Virus record (IMG/VR): IMGVR_UViG_3300044858_003017
Strand: one strand, 5' to 3'
From: a virus
DNA: 64,000 nt
In this document: positions 1-8,202 of the stretch, in pieces
How the letters are laid out: each line of letters starts with the position of its first letter
Position numbering within the stretch: position 1 is the stretch's first letter
Translations under genes and position numbers: made by a program
The notes under the pieces: model-generated
The model's database searches: none
Told to the model about the DNA's origin: nothing
Seen by the model: only the letters and a program-made list of their open reading frames with translations

Positions 1-65
1 TGCATCGGATGATTTGCATTTTCCTCCATCCAGGCAATAAAGTCGCTGATGTTAATTTTTTCCAT
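1..65 (-). CDS. hypothetical early protein, truncated by the window edge (MEKINISDFIAWMEENANHPM...)
   Basis: ATG at 65 preceded by the same promoter/AAGAGAG leader as neighbouring genes; frame open to position 1. Confidence 0.7.
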   Translation of the reverse strand, partial: MEKINISDFIAWMEENANHPM

Positions 66-123
66 TTATCTCTCTTTTTAATTTATATAAAGATAAGTAA
101 AAAATCAATGCGATCCAAGCATT

Positions 124-528
124 TTAGGAAAAAAGTTTGCTAAAAGTTTTGGCTGTCTTAATAGGACCTTTAAAGTCATTTTCGCGTCCCCATATTTCAG
201 CTAACCCACTATGCCCACACTTAGGAATAACTGTAAACACTACATTGCCCGTCTCAATATTGCATATTCTAAAATCATCATACAATGGCCCGTTCATCGG
301 ACAATTGTTCTTAAAAAATACATAATGCTCCAATATATCAATTTGCGGGTTATGCTTTAAGAATGTCTTTACCTGCTTCATTAATTTCCAGGACTTGTTA
401 CGTAAACTGGAATCCTTGCAGAACCAATCGTAAAAGTTATAACATTCATCGTTCTGGCCTTGCGAATCGATAATTAGGCCGTTGGCTTGTGCATTCAATT
501 GATCTGCTAAATTTGCTGTTCTTGTCAT
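124..528 (-). CDS. hypothetical phage protein (start moved to MTRTAN)
   Basis: ATG at 528 follows the conserved leader; the upstream extension in the ORF track runs through the promoter. Confidence 0.8.
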   Translation of the reverse strand: MTRTANLADQLNAQANGLIIDSQGQNDECYNFYDWFCKDSSLRNKSWKLMKQVKTFLKHNPQIDILEHYVFFKNNCPMNGPLYDDFRICNIETGNVVFTVIPKCGHSGLAEIWGRENDFKGPIKTAKTFSKLFS

Positions 529-616
529 ATTCTCTCTTTTTAATTTATATAAAGATAAGTAAAATAATGTTCGGATCCTAATCTTTTTACAGAAAAGTTT
601 AAAAAAAGTTTGCTGG

Positions 617-994
617 CTAACTAAAGCCAACAAACCCTTTCTCTAAATGTAATCCTAACTCCTCAGCTATATCCTTTAAGCGGTATAATGGAGCATCCTC
701 TAATTCCTGCTCTACTTTATCTAATACGCGCTCAACGGTATATCCCGATCCAAATCCGTAACATGTAACAGCTGTCTGGATATCAACTAAATCTCCGGAT
801 GCCTCATCCCACGGCAATGCCAATGCATCTTCGGTTAAATCAAAATCTTCTAGGAAGTTACATAATGCCGCATCCAATAATTCTTTAACCTTAAAGCGTA
901 CCACATCTGCTACTGCATCATTGTGGTCATACATTTCTTTACTCCAAGGCTTCACAATCTCAATTCCGTAAACAACTTTTTTCTCTCTTTTCAT
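617..994 (-). CDS. hypothetical acidic early protein
   Basis: 125-aa ORF with conserved leader. Confidence 0.8.
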   Translation of the reverse strand: MKREKKVVYGIEIVKPWSKEMYDHNDAVADVVRFKVKELLDAALCNFLEDFDLTEDALALPWDEASGDLVDIQTAVTCYGFGSGYTVERVLDKVEQELEDAPLYRLKDIAEELGLHLEKGFVGFS

Positions 995-1089
995 ATCTCT
1001 TATTTTTTAATTATAATATAAAGATAAGGAAAAAAAGAATGCGAACCTAAGGATCCGCAAACTTTTTTCCAACTTTTTTAAACTTTTTT

Positions 1090-1440
1090 TTAAACTGCTA
1101 AAGTTGCAACTATTTGCGGGAATCGTTTTCCTCCAAAGCCCGTCGTATTAGTTATTTCCGTCGTTAACCCTGGAATAGCTAAATTGTCGACATATTGCTT
1201 ATACGACGTCAAATCCATTTCGACGCCAACGGGATGCCAACCGCGCGCTTGCTGCTGCTTTGGAAATTGGCAAGTAAAACTCGGTTTATCCGTATTATCC
1301 GCGGCCATAAAAAACGCTTTGTGGGTTCCGGCAAAAAATTTAACGCTATTGCCCTCGCGTCGTACGTAACGAGCGTATTCCAATTCGTTTAAAATTGTCG
1401 TTTTTAATTCGTTTAAAATTGCTTTTTGTTCTTTTTGCAT
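1090..1440 (-). CDS. hypothetical early protein
   Basis: 116-aa ORF with conserved leader. Confidence 0.8.
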   Translation of the reverse strand: MQKEQKAILNELKTTILNELEYARYVRREGNSVKFFAGTHKAFFMAADNTDKPSFTCQFPKQQQARGWHPVGVEMDLTSYKQYVDNLAIPGLTTEITNTTGFGGKRFPQIVATLAV

Positions 1441-1524
1441 ATCCCTCTTTTTTAATTAATAATATAAAGATAAGTAAAATAATAATGCGAACCTAATTTT
1501 TTAGCAACTTTTTTCCAACTTTTT

Positions 1525-1809
1525 TTAATCCTCTAATTCAAAACCTAATTCAATGCATGCAGTTAATATGTCATCATACAATTCATCATCATCAAACTGT
1601 AAGCCTAATTCATCAGCCAACTCATCAGCATCTTCAGCCGACGCCACGCAGTCATTTTCATCTTTAACATATATGCTTGTCATACCATCGTCTGTGCTTA
1701 ACTCAAAATTAAACACTGCACCGTTAATCTCAACTAATCCATTAACTTCTCTATCCATTCCATCAACCCATCCATTCCCAATTTCTACAATTTTAACTAC
1801 ATTTGTCAT
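1525..1809 (-). CDS. hypothetical highly acidic small protein
   Basis: 94-aa D/E-rich ORF with conserved leader. Confidence 0.8.
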   Translation of the reverse strand: MTNVVKIVEIGNGWVDGMDREVNGLVEINGAVFNFELSTDDGMTSIYVKDENDCVASAEDADELADELGLQFDDDELYDDILTACIELGFELED

Positions 1810-1898
1810 ATATCTCTCTTTTTAATTTATATAAAGATAAGTATATTATTTCAATTATCCTAATTTTTTAGCAGAAATGTTTAAAAAAAGTTATTCAC

Positions 1899-1923
1899 AA
1901 AAAAAGGGCGACCGAAGCCGCCC
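1899..1923 (-). terminator. intrinsic terminator
   Basis: GGGCGGC-TTCG-GTCGCCC followed by a T-run on the minus strand. Confidence 0.85.
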
Positions 1924-2164
1924 GTGGTACACGCCTGGGAATAAGAGAGAGAAACCCGTCGGTCATGACACCCAATTGCTGCAAGTCTCAACAGCTAACT
2001 TGCACGCCCGGTTTTCAACTGTACCTACGATTGCTCGGTAGGTCGGGTTAATATTTCGATAGGACCAACTCATTACAATGTTATTCACATCATCACATCA
2101 TGATCCTATCACTACGATCCGTTGGGAGTGTCTGTTAAGAGCACTTGGTTCCCAAACCCCGTCG
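1924..2164 (-). ncRNA. candidate structured non-coding RNA (~240 nt)
   Basis: GC-richer than flanks, no ORF in the track, several helices (TTGGGA/TCCCAA, GATAGGATCA/TGGTCCTATC, ACCTAC-CGA-GCAA-TCG-TAGGT, TGCAAGT/ACTTGCA); ends at a terminator. Confidence 0.55.
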
Positions 2165-2245
2165 TTAATTTTTATTTCGATCCTGTATGTAAAAGTAAAC
2201 TATCACTCCTACTAACACTGCCATCCAAGCAAAAAACATTGTCAT
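2165..2245 (-). CDS. 26-aa single-TM peptide MTMFFAWMAVLVGVIVYFYIQDRNKN
   Basis: hand translation; directly downstream of a TTGGA-type promoter at about 2262-2296. Confidence 0.55.
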   Translation of the reverse strand: MTMFFAWMAVLVGVIVYFYIQDRNKN

Positions 2246-2300
2246 ATCATCTTATTTACTCTTATATAATATGAAAATGAATCCAAAGATCCAACCGCAA

Positions 2301-2916
2301 TCTAAAAATAGTTTACTCCGTATAGCTAGTAAAGCAAATAAAACCGGGTCTAAAACCTGGTTTTGGTCTAAAAATAGGATGCCGTTGGACTAAAAATCAA
2401 ACCACTCGGACTAAAAATAGATGTCATAATGGACTAAAAATAGCACGGATATATGCATATTGGACTAAAAATAGCCGGGAGGGAGCGGATATTGCTCTAA
2501 AAATAACATGTTCAGATCACTATATATAACGACACGCATATATGGACTAAATATACGTTATATTGGACTAAAAATAACGTTGGTATAAGATCCACTATAT
2601 ATAGAGACTAAAAATAGAACCAGCTTCGTCTAAAAATAAACCAGGGAGATATGGGTCGAATCATCTAAAAATAGACGCATATTGGACTAAAAATAGGTGT
2701 GCCATGGTGATGGCTCTTACAGTTCGTTTAAGAACATCGACGCCTTTTTGGTGCCTAGATATTCGGGAAATGGGGATATAGAGTCTATGCCCCGCGAAAA
2801 CAAGTAGGACCGGCAGGAAGATATCTAACCTATCCTATCTGATGCTACTAGACACTAAACTACATATTCATTCTAAAAATGCGTCTAGTACTTTTACGGG
2901 TACCATTCTAAAAATA
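2301..2916. repeat. array of about 16 (TGGA)CTAAAAATA direct repeats; candidate origin or genome-end region
   Basis: copies near 2301, 2348, 2367, 2386, 2408, 2430, 2461, 2496, 2543, 2564, 2605, 2628, 2663, 2683, 2871, 2907, all in one orientation, in non-coding DNA. Confidence 0.85.
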
Positions 2917-3140
2917 CGTGGGGGATGGGGATGCTACTAGAGTCTTTACGTATTTTACCCCATGTAGTAACGTCTTGGGGAGAACCTGGGGAATAGGGGA
3001 CCTTTGTACTTATGCGTACGTGCTTATGCGTATGTACTCGTATCTCTTATATATGCGTATGCTTTCGTTGTCGTCGTATATGCATACTAATCTTTCTTCT
3101 GCAGTACCCGTAAACTTCTACGGATACTACGTAGTTTGTT

Positions 3141-3431
3141 TTATTGTTTATCTTTTATGATTCTGCTTTGCAGCAAATTGATTAATGCTTGTACTTCTCC
3201 AAACTCTGTAAATCTTATTGCAGGTTCCGTATTGAATATTTCTACAAACCATTTGCCATCTTCTCCTACTTGATCGTTTGAGTTTGAAATTAAATCAAGT
3301 CCCATTGCAATGTCGTACGTGTAGTAGTAGAATTCATCTTCTATCCACATTCCACCTAAATCATCAGATACTTCTATTCCACCGTCTTCTTGTTTTTCAA
3401 AGCCGAGCAATTGTATTTCTTTTTCAGTCAT
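3141..3431 (-). CDS. hypothetical protein
   Basis: 96-aa ORF in a tightly packed run. Confidence 0.75.
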   Translation of the reverse strand: MTEKEIQLLGFEKQEDGGIEVSDDLGGMWIEDEFYYYTYDIAMGLDLISNSNDQVGEDGKWFVEIFNTEPAIRFTEFGEVQALINLLQSRIIKDKQ

Positions 3432-3436
3432 TGTTC

Positions 3437-3904
3437 TTATTTGTATTTTGATTTTAATATTAAATCGTAATAATCTATCAATTGATCGCCGTCTTTACTA
3501 TATCGGGTCCACTTCATTGGAAACTTTGTTTTACATGTATCAATTCTTTGTTGCCTTGTACCCGTTGTGTTATTTTCATAATACAACCAAGCTTCCCAAT
3601 AATGATCTTGTTCTGGAGCTTTAAACGTAACTGCTATCTGCTTTCCGAAAAAAACAAATGACCACAATGGCGCCCATTCAAAACGATAATCGTTACTTGT
3701 CCATTTTGTTTTCCAACCTAATCCTACAAAATCAAATCCAATCTTTTTAGGAACAAATTTCAAATAACCCGGGCGATCTGGATCTTTAACTGTTCTTCTA
3801 GGAAAAAAATACGGAGTGCCAACATAAACAGGTCCAAAGTACCATTTAAATTTTGGTCGGATGAATGGAGAACAAAATGCTTTAAGATAACTAAATTTAT
3901 TCAT
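3437..3904 (-). CDS. hypothetical aromatic-rich protein
   Basis: 155-aa ORF. Confidence 0.75.
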   Translation of the reverse strand: MNKFSYLKAFCSPFIRPKFKWYFGPVYVGTPYFFPRRTVKDPDRPGYLKFVPKKIGFDFVGLGWKTKWTSNDYRFEWAPLWSFVFFGKQIAVTFKAPEQDHYWEAWLYYENNTTGTRQQRIDTCKTKFPMKWTRYSKDGDQLIDYYDLILKSKYK

Positions 3905-3915
3905 TATTTTGTTTT

Positions 3916-4293
3916 TTATACAACATCTTCTACAACAACGTCACTATCAACTAATCTACTTATTTGTGCAAATTCAACATGGCTTTGATACTCAAGTTTC
4001 ATTTCTGCCCGAAATCTATCAGCATCTTCTGCTGTTGCTAATGAACCACAACATGTAACGATATCCCCTGCCATTTTGTATCTGTATGCACCATATGGAT
4101 TTGTAAGTTCTTCAACTTTCCAATCTGTCTCCGTCAATTCAGATAGTTTCTTATCTCTATTAATAATAGTTGCCGATCGGTGATAACCACAGCTACCACA
4201 GTTAACATATTCTTCTCCTGTTTTGTAATAGAAGTCATCCGTTGCTTCTCGTTTACAGTTAGGACATTCAATATAATCTAGTACACTTGCCAT
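3916..4293 (-). CDS. zinc-ribbon protein
   Basis: CPNC...CGSC motif; promoter at about 4305-4336. Confidence 0.7.
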   Translation of the reverse strand: MASVLDYIECPNCKREATDDFYYKTGEEYVNCGSCGYHRSATIINRDKKLSELTETDWKVEELTNPYGAYRYKMAGDIVTCCGSLATAEDADRFRAEMKLEYQSHVEFAQISRLVDSDVVVEDVV

Positions 4294-4336
4294 ATTCGTT
4301 TTCTTTAAGATATGAAATCAATTTCAATTATCCAAA

Positions 4337-4636
4337 TTATATGGCTGAATAATTAAGTATGTTTTCTATTATTTTTTCAATCTCTTCGCGAGATGCCCAA
4401 CCCATTACATCATCGTCAGTATCAGTAAATCTTTGAGTGCACCATTCTCTATCGCTACCAGCTTCCCAAATAGCAATTTCAAAAGAAGCATAGTCTTCCG
4501 GAGAATCTAGATCTTCTCGAGGAGTGCAGTAATTTCTTTGACTGCATTGAACAGAAAGAACATGTCCGTTAATTTCCGTGTGAGAACCAAATCCTCCAAG
4601 TGGATGCGGTTCAAATTTTAAGTCAGTAAATTTCAT
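4337..4636 (-). CDS. hypothetical protein
   Basis: 99-aa ORF. Confidence 0.75.
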   Translation of the reverse strand: MKFTDLKFEPHPLGGFGSHTEINGHVLSVQCSQRNYCTPREDLDSPEDYASFEIAIWEAGSDREWCTQRFTDTDDDVMGWASREEIEKIIENILNYSAI

Positions 4637-4639
4637 TTT

Positions 4640-4960
4640 TTAAGTATCAAGTTGTTGTTTATTAGTTGTATGCAATTCATTGAAATCTGAAAATTTAAGT
4701 CCCCACATTACACTAATCCATTGCATTTCTTTTTCGGCTCTTTTAGCATACATATTGTGTTTTTTCATTAGATACTTCTTACCCCATTTCTGCCATTCTT
4801 CATTTTGAGCCACTGTCATGGTCCATTCGGAATACCAAGCATCCTTACGATCCTTTATGTCATCATAGGTTACTGCATGGCCGGCAATACGAAACATTTC
4901 ATTGATTAAATCAACTACTGATTGTTCTTCCTTTTCTCGTCGCGTTAATCTCTTTGCCAT
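4640..4960 (-). CDS. hypothetical protein
   Basis: 106-aa ORF overlapping the upstream stop. Confidence 0.75.
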   Translation of the reverse strand: MAKRLTRREKEEQSVVDLINEMFRIAGHAVTYDDIKDRKDAWYSEWTMTVAQNEEWQKWGKKYLMKKHNMYAKRAEKEMQWISVMWGLKFSDFNELHTTNKQQLDT

Positions 4961-5661
4961 TGTATTTCATTTGTTAATTTATCCCATTCAAATGTTAATG
5001 GGAGATTGGTATATGTATAACGTTCATCCAATACTGATGCATTGATGAAATGTGTATGTCCATTAAAATAATATCCAGCACTACCATGTATGTGTCCGAA
5101 TACATGAATCTTTGGTGGTATTGCATCAACGCGCTCTCGCAACAATTCACATCCTACTTGAAATTTCTTACCGCCAGGAACATCTAAGTATCCGTATGGA
5201 GGACCATGTGTGATTAAGATATCGGTATTATCTGGAATGTCTTTCCAACGTTGTTCCAATTCCCATCCATTGCGAGGCAAATTAAATGCCCAATTGAAAA
5301 ACTCAGGTTGCCATGGTGAACCATAGATGCGAACATTGTCTTCTGGGTGATCTCCATTAGGTCCATCAAAGTATAAAACACATTCTTCATCTTGTAGATA
5401 CTCAATGGTTTTATAACCAGTCAATGTACCCGTAGCCCATTCAGGTTGCATCTGCATGATGCGATCGTGATTGCCAGCAATGAACACTTTTGTATCATAT
5501 CCTTTGATGCCATCGAACCACGTAAAGAATTCTTCTGCTTCTTCTTTATGATAACCAGAATTCATAAAGTCGCCTGCGTGGATAAGCAAATCTCCTCCAG
5601 GAAGATCTGCCTCCACATCGCGATGCCTTGTATGCGTATCAGATATAAAAGTAATTTTCAT
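4945..5661 (-). CDS. metallophosphoesterase (calcineurin-like, MPPED type)
   Basis: SDTH, HAGD, GNHD, THGPP and FGHIH motifs. Confidence 0.92.
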   Translation of the reverse strand: MKITFISDTHTRHRDVEADLPGGDLLIHAGDFMNSGYHKEEAEEFFTWFDGIKGYDTKVFIAGNHDRIMQMQPEWATGTLTGYKTIEYLQDEECVLYFDGPNGDHPEDNVRIYGSPWQPEFFNWAFNLPRNGWELEQRWKDIPDNTDILITHGPPYGYLDVPGGKKFQVGCELLRERVDAIPPKIHVFGHIHGSAGYYFNGHTHFINASVLDERYTYTNLPLTFEWDKLTNEIQWQRD

Positions 5662-5681
5662 ACTATTAATATATGAATTTA

Positions 5682-5915
5682 TTATTCATTTTCATAGAAA
5701 TCTTTAATCTTTTTTGCATACATTGTAACTGCCGGTTCAATCATCATGAAGCCAGCTATACCAACCAAAACAGATATAAAGGATATCGGCTTTGTTACAT
5801 AATAAGTAATTGCTACTGCGCCTGTAATCATGCATGTTGCTGCTGCAACATAATAGAAAATACGTTTAAAGAAATTTTGTACCATATATTTTATTTTTTT
5901 ATTTAATCCCACCAA
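5682..5915 (-). CDS. small two-TM membrane protein
   Basis: two hydrophobic segments; start may be M11 (5885). Confidence 0.65.
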   Translation of the reverse strand: MVGLNKKIKYMVQNFFKRIFYYVAAATCMITGAVAITYYVTKPISFISVLVGIAGFMMIEPAVTMYAKKIKDFYENE

Positions 5916-6415
5916 CCTTTCATTCCAGATCCATCAAACCATTTTTCATAAAGTTCATAATCTGTTTTTTTGCTATTGCTTTTGTCACGCAACATTTCAA
6001 ATTTGACATATGATTGTCCCTGCAAAATGCTAAAGAATTCTTTCCAATCTGATTGTTCCAATTGATTTGCCAATTCGAATATGCGTCGATACTTGTTCAT
6101 ACGCTGCTCTGTTGCAATATCAAGTATTTCAATCGTTATGCCTAATTCTTGTTCAGCCAATCCAATGTAATCATCTTCCATTATTCGATCCAACAAATCA
6201 ATGCAACGTTGAATCTTAGCAACCTTTTTCATTCTTGTTGCATCATCTTCATTTCCTTTAGCAATTGCATCTCGTAACGGACGCAATGATGCTTGCCAAA
6301 GACGTAATTGATATCCATAATCATATGGACGAAACTTCCATATTGTGCGCCAAAAGTATGCAATGTTTTTAATACCTTGACGAATGTCATAAAGTTTCCA
6401 TCTTAAAGATCGCAT
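5903..6415 (-). CDS. hypothetical phage protein
   Basis: 170-aa ORF ending GMKGWWD. Confidence 0.75.
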   Translation of the reverse strand: MRSLRWKLYDIRQGIKNIAYFWRTIWKFRPYDYGYQLRLWQASLRPLRDAIAKGNEDDATRMKKVAKIQRCIDLLDRIMEDDYIGLAEQELGITIEILDIATEQRMNKYRRIFELANQLEQSDWKEFFSILQGQSYVKFEMLRDKSNSKKTDYELYEKWFDGSGMKGWWD

Positions 6416-6618
6416 CCTTCTACCTCCTTTATTTGTGTTAATGTATCAGGACGATATGGATCTTGTTGATTAAACAACATGTCCCGAAGCATTTGATTTT
6501 CTTGTTTTAACTGTTGGCATGATTCATATTCAGACCCAAAGCTTTTTACAATCATTGCGCCTATTCCTATTCCAAGTATAATACCTGCTGCTGCCAAATA
6601 CATTTCAATCTTGTACAT
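6403..6618 (-). CDS. small membrane-anchored protein
   Basis: N-terminal TM helix plus short coiled coil. Confidence 0.65.
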   Translation of the reverse strand: MYKIEMYLAAAGIILGIGIGAMIVKSFGSEYESCQQLKQENQMLRDMLFNQQDPYRPDTLTQIKEVEGCDL

Positions 6619-6862
6619 CTTGTTCTTGTTTTGTTAATTCATATTCATAACGTTCCACAATCATTTTGCGTTGTGAACTGCTACGTTGTGATGTTTTACT
6701 TTGAACCAAATCATATTCTGATTTCAAAGTATCCATATCCATTCTGGCTACTTCTTGTACCGATGGTGGCATGTAATCAGTTGGATCCACGTTTTTGATA
6801 AATTCTTGCAAGAACGCATTGTATTGTTCTTGTTCTTCTGGTGTTAAATTGTCTAAGTTCAT
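6605..6862 (-). CDS. hypothetical protein
   Basis: 85-aa ORF. Confidence 0.7.
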   Translation of the reverse strand: MNLDNLTPEEQEQYNAFLQEFIKNVDPTDYMPPSVQEVARMDMDTLKSEYDLVQSKTSQRSSSQRKMIVERYEYELTKQEQDVQD

Positions 6863-6863
6863 A

Positions 6864-7028
6864 TTATGCTACTATATTAATTAATAACCAAATTGCGCAG
6901 GCCCACATTGCAGTGCCCATAAAAGTAAATACTTCAGATAGCAAATCTGGTTGTGGTTTTCGTAATCCTTGTACCAATCGCGCTACACAAGCAAATGCCA
7001 TTGGAATTGAAAAAAATGTTAATGCCAT
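6864..7028 (-). CDS. 54-aa two-TM protein (MALTFFSIPMAF...), not in ORF track
   Basis: hand translation; fills the gap between flanking minus-strand genes. Confidence 0.65.
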   Translation of the reverse strand: MALTFFSIPMAFACVARLVQGLRKPQPDLLSEVFTFMGTAMWACAIWLLINIVA

Positions 7029-7033
7029 ATCTC

Positions 7034-7354
7034 TTATTTTTTATTGTTACATGTTTTTGTTAAAAAGTCATTTAATGAATGCCCACATACACATGATTGC
7101 GTATTGACATCAAATTTACATCCAGGCTTAGATACTTTCTTATCTGAAAGAAATGCACCAATCTCCGATTGCAATGAATATTTGTTTTCCGGCATTGCAT
7201 CTAATGGAGCATTGTATGTTGTCACATCGCCATCCGGATGTATTGTTTTTGCAATTAAAAAGCGACGTGGTTCGGGACGAGGTACTTTACATAACATACC
7301 TGCACGTCTCAATGCAAGACATAATTTGGTTTGAAAATTTCTTCTACGCTTCAT
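7034..7354 (-). CDS. hypothetical basic Cys-containing protein
   Basis: 106-aa ORF; promoter at about 7364-7398 and AAAGAG leader. Confidence 0.7.
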   Translation of the reverse strand: MKRRRNFQTKLCLALRRAGMLCKVPRPEPRRFLIAKTIHPDGDVTTYNAPLDAMPENKYSLQSEIGAFLSDKKVSKPGCKFDVNTQSCVCGHSLNDFLTKTCNNKK

Positions 7355-7417
7355 AACTCTTTTTCTATAATATAGAAAAGTATATTCAATAATCCAACCA
7401 ACACGGAAGAAACTTTG

Positions 7418-7783
7418 TTATCCTTTAATTAATTTTTTTGATTCCTGTTCGGTTTCTTTAACCAACATATATGTGTCTATCAATTTATCAAATCGACGAT
7501 CTACATATGAATTTAATTCATCCGTACGACGCCAGATGTCATCGGTCTGACGATCCATTCTTTCATATACATGTTTAATTTGATCGTTAAACACTCTTCG
7601 AATTTCATCATCTTCGTGACTGATGTTTCTGTATAAATTAGAAATTTGGTCATTGGTATAACGATCCAATGTATCGATGTGTCTTTGTAATTTTAATACC
7701 TTCACAATACTATATACAGCAATAGCAGCAATCGCCACCAAAACCATTGTTAGTACTCCAAAAGCAAACATTAATGTTTCCAT
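7418..7783 (-). CDS. membrane-anchored coiled-coil protein (start moved to METLMF)
   Basis: GGAGG upstream of ATG 7783; N-terminal TM helix. Confidence 0.75.
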   Translation of the reverse strand: METLMFAFGVLTMVLVAIAAIAVYSIVKVLKLQRHIDTLDRYTNDQISNLYRNISHEDDEIRRVFNDQIKHVYERMDRQTDDIWRRTDELNSYVDRRFDKLIDTYMLVKETEQESKKLIKG

Positions 7784-7796
7784 AAGTTTCCTCCGT

Positions 7797-7809
7797 ATGT
7801 CAAAGAACT
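7797..7809 (-). promoter_or_regulatory. boxA-like antitermination element AGTTCTTTGACAT
   Basis: resembles the rrn boxA consensus (TGCTCTTTAACA family); intergenic. Confidence 0.4.
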
Positions 7810-7824
7810 CCCGTGTTGGGTTGG

Positions 7825-7923
7825 TTATCGTACTTGCGAATATGCATCGCAAGAAGACTTTGATGAGCGGCATGCAACAAGCGTGCAACACATCGCAATA
7901 AGTAGTATCATGAAATATTTCAT
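7825..7923 (-). CDS. 32-aa lipoprotein MKYFMILLIAMCCTLVACRSSKSSCDAYSQVR
   Basis: hand translation; ATGA overlap with upstream gene; signal peptide with LVA-C lipobox. Confidence 0.7.
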   Translation of the reverse strand: MKYFMILLIAMCCTLVACRSSKSSCDAYSQVR

Positions 7924-8132
7924 ACTGGGTCTCCGGTTATGTTTTTATAAGTGACATATTCTTGTATTGCGGCATTGTACTCATCGCGAGGGAATGCAAC
8001 ACGAACATCATCAATATAAGCAAATACTTCACGCGGAAACATCATGATGTTAGAAAGCTTATCAAAATCAATTTCTTGAAGTTTATAGTAACTTCCTGAT
8101 TCAGCATACCTTGTGAGTATTTCTATTTTCAT
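7920..8132 (-). CDS. hypothetical protein
   Basis: 70-aa ORF. Confidence 0.65.
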   Translation of the reverse strand: MKIEILTRYAESGSYYKLQEIDFDKLSNIMMFPREVFAYIDDVRVAFPRDEYNAAIQEYVTYKNITGDPV

Positions 8133-8202
8133 AACATTGTCCTACATATAACAATTTACAACTTATATTAATAAATATAAATAAAATAAATTCAATATCC
8201 AA

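Larger units (their letters stand above)
66..1863 (-). repeat. five copies of a conserved promoter+leader cassette (about 66-119, 529-582, 995-1050, 1441-1496, 1810-1863)
   Basis: minus strand (T/C)T(T/A)G-N20-TATCTTTATAT..TTAAAAA(AT)AGAG..ATG before each gene; geometry matches the Bacteroidota TTTG-N19-21-TAnnTTTG promoter. Confidence 0.85.

Noticed and set aside
1924-2164. tmRNA, tRNA or intron
   Set aside because: It ends near ACCA but has no TTCGA T-loop, no matching acceptor stem and no interrupted gene
2301-2916. CRISPR array
   Set aside because: Repeat core is only 9-13 bp and non-palindromic, spacing is irregular, and no cas operon is present
2918-3160. 80-aa plus-strand ORF
   Set aside because: Low-complexity translation of a repeat region, against the uniform gene orientation
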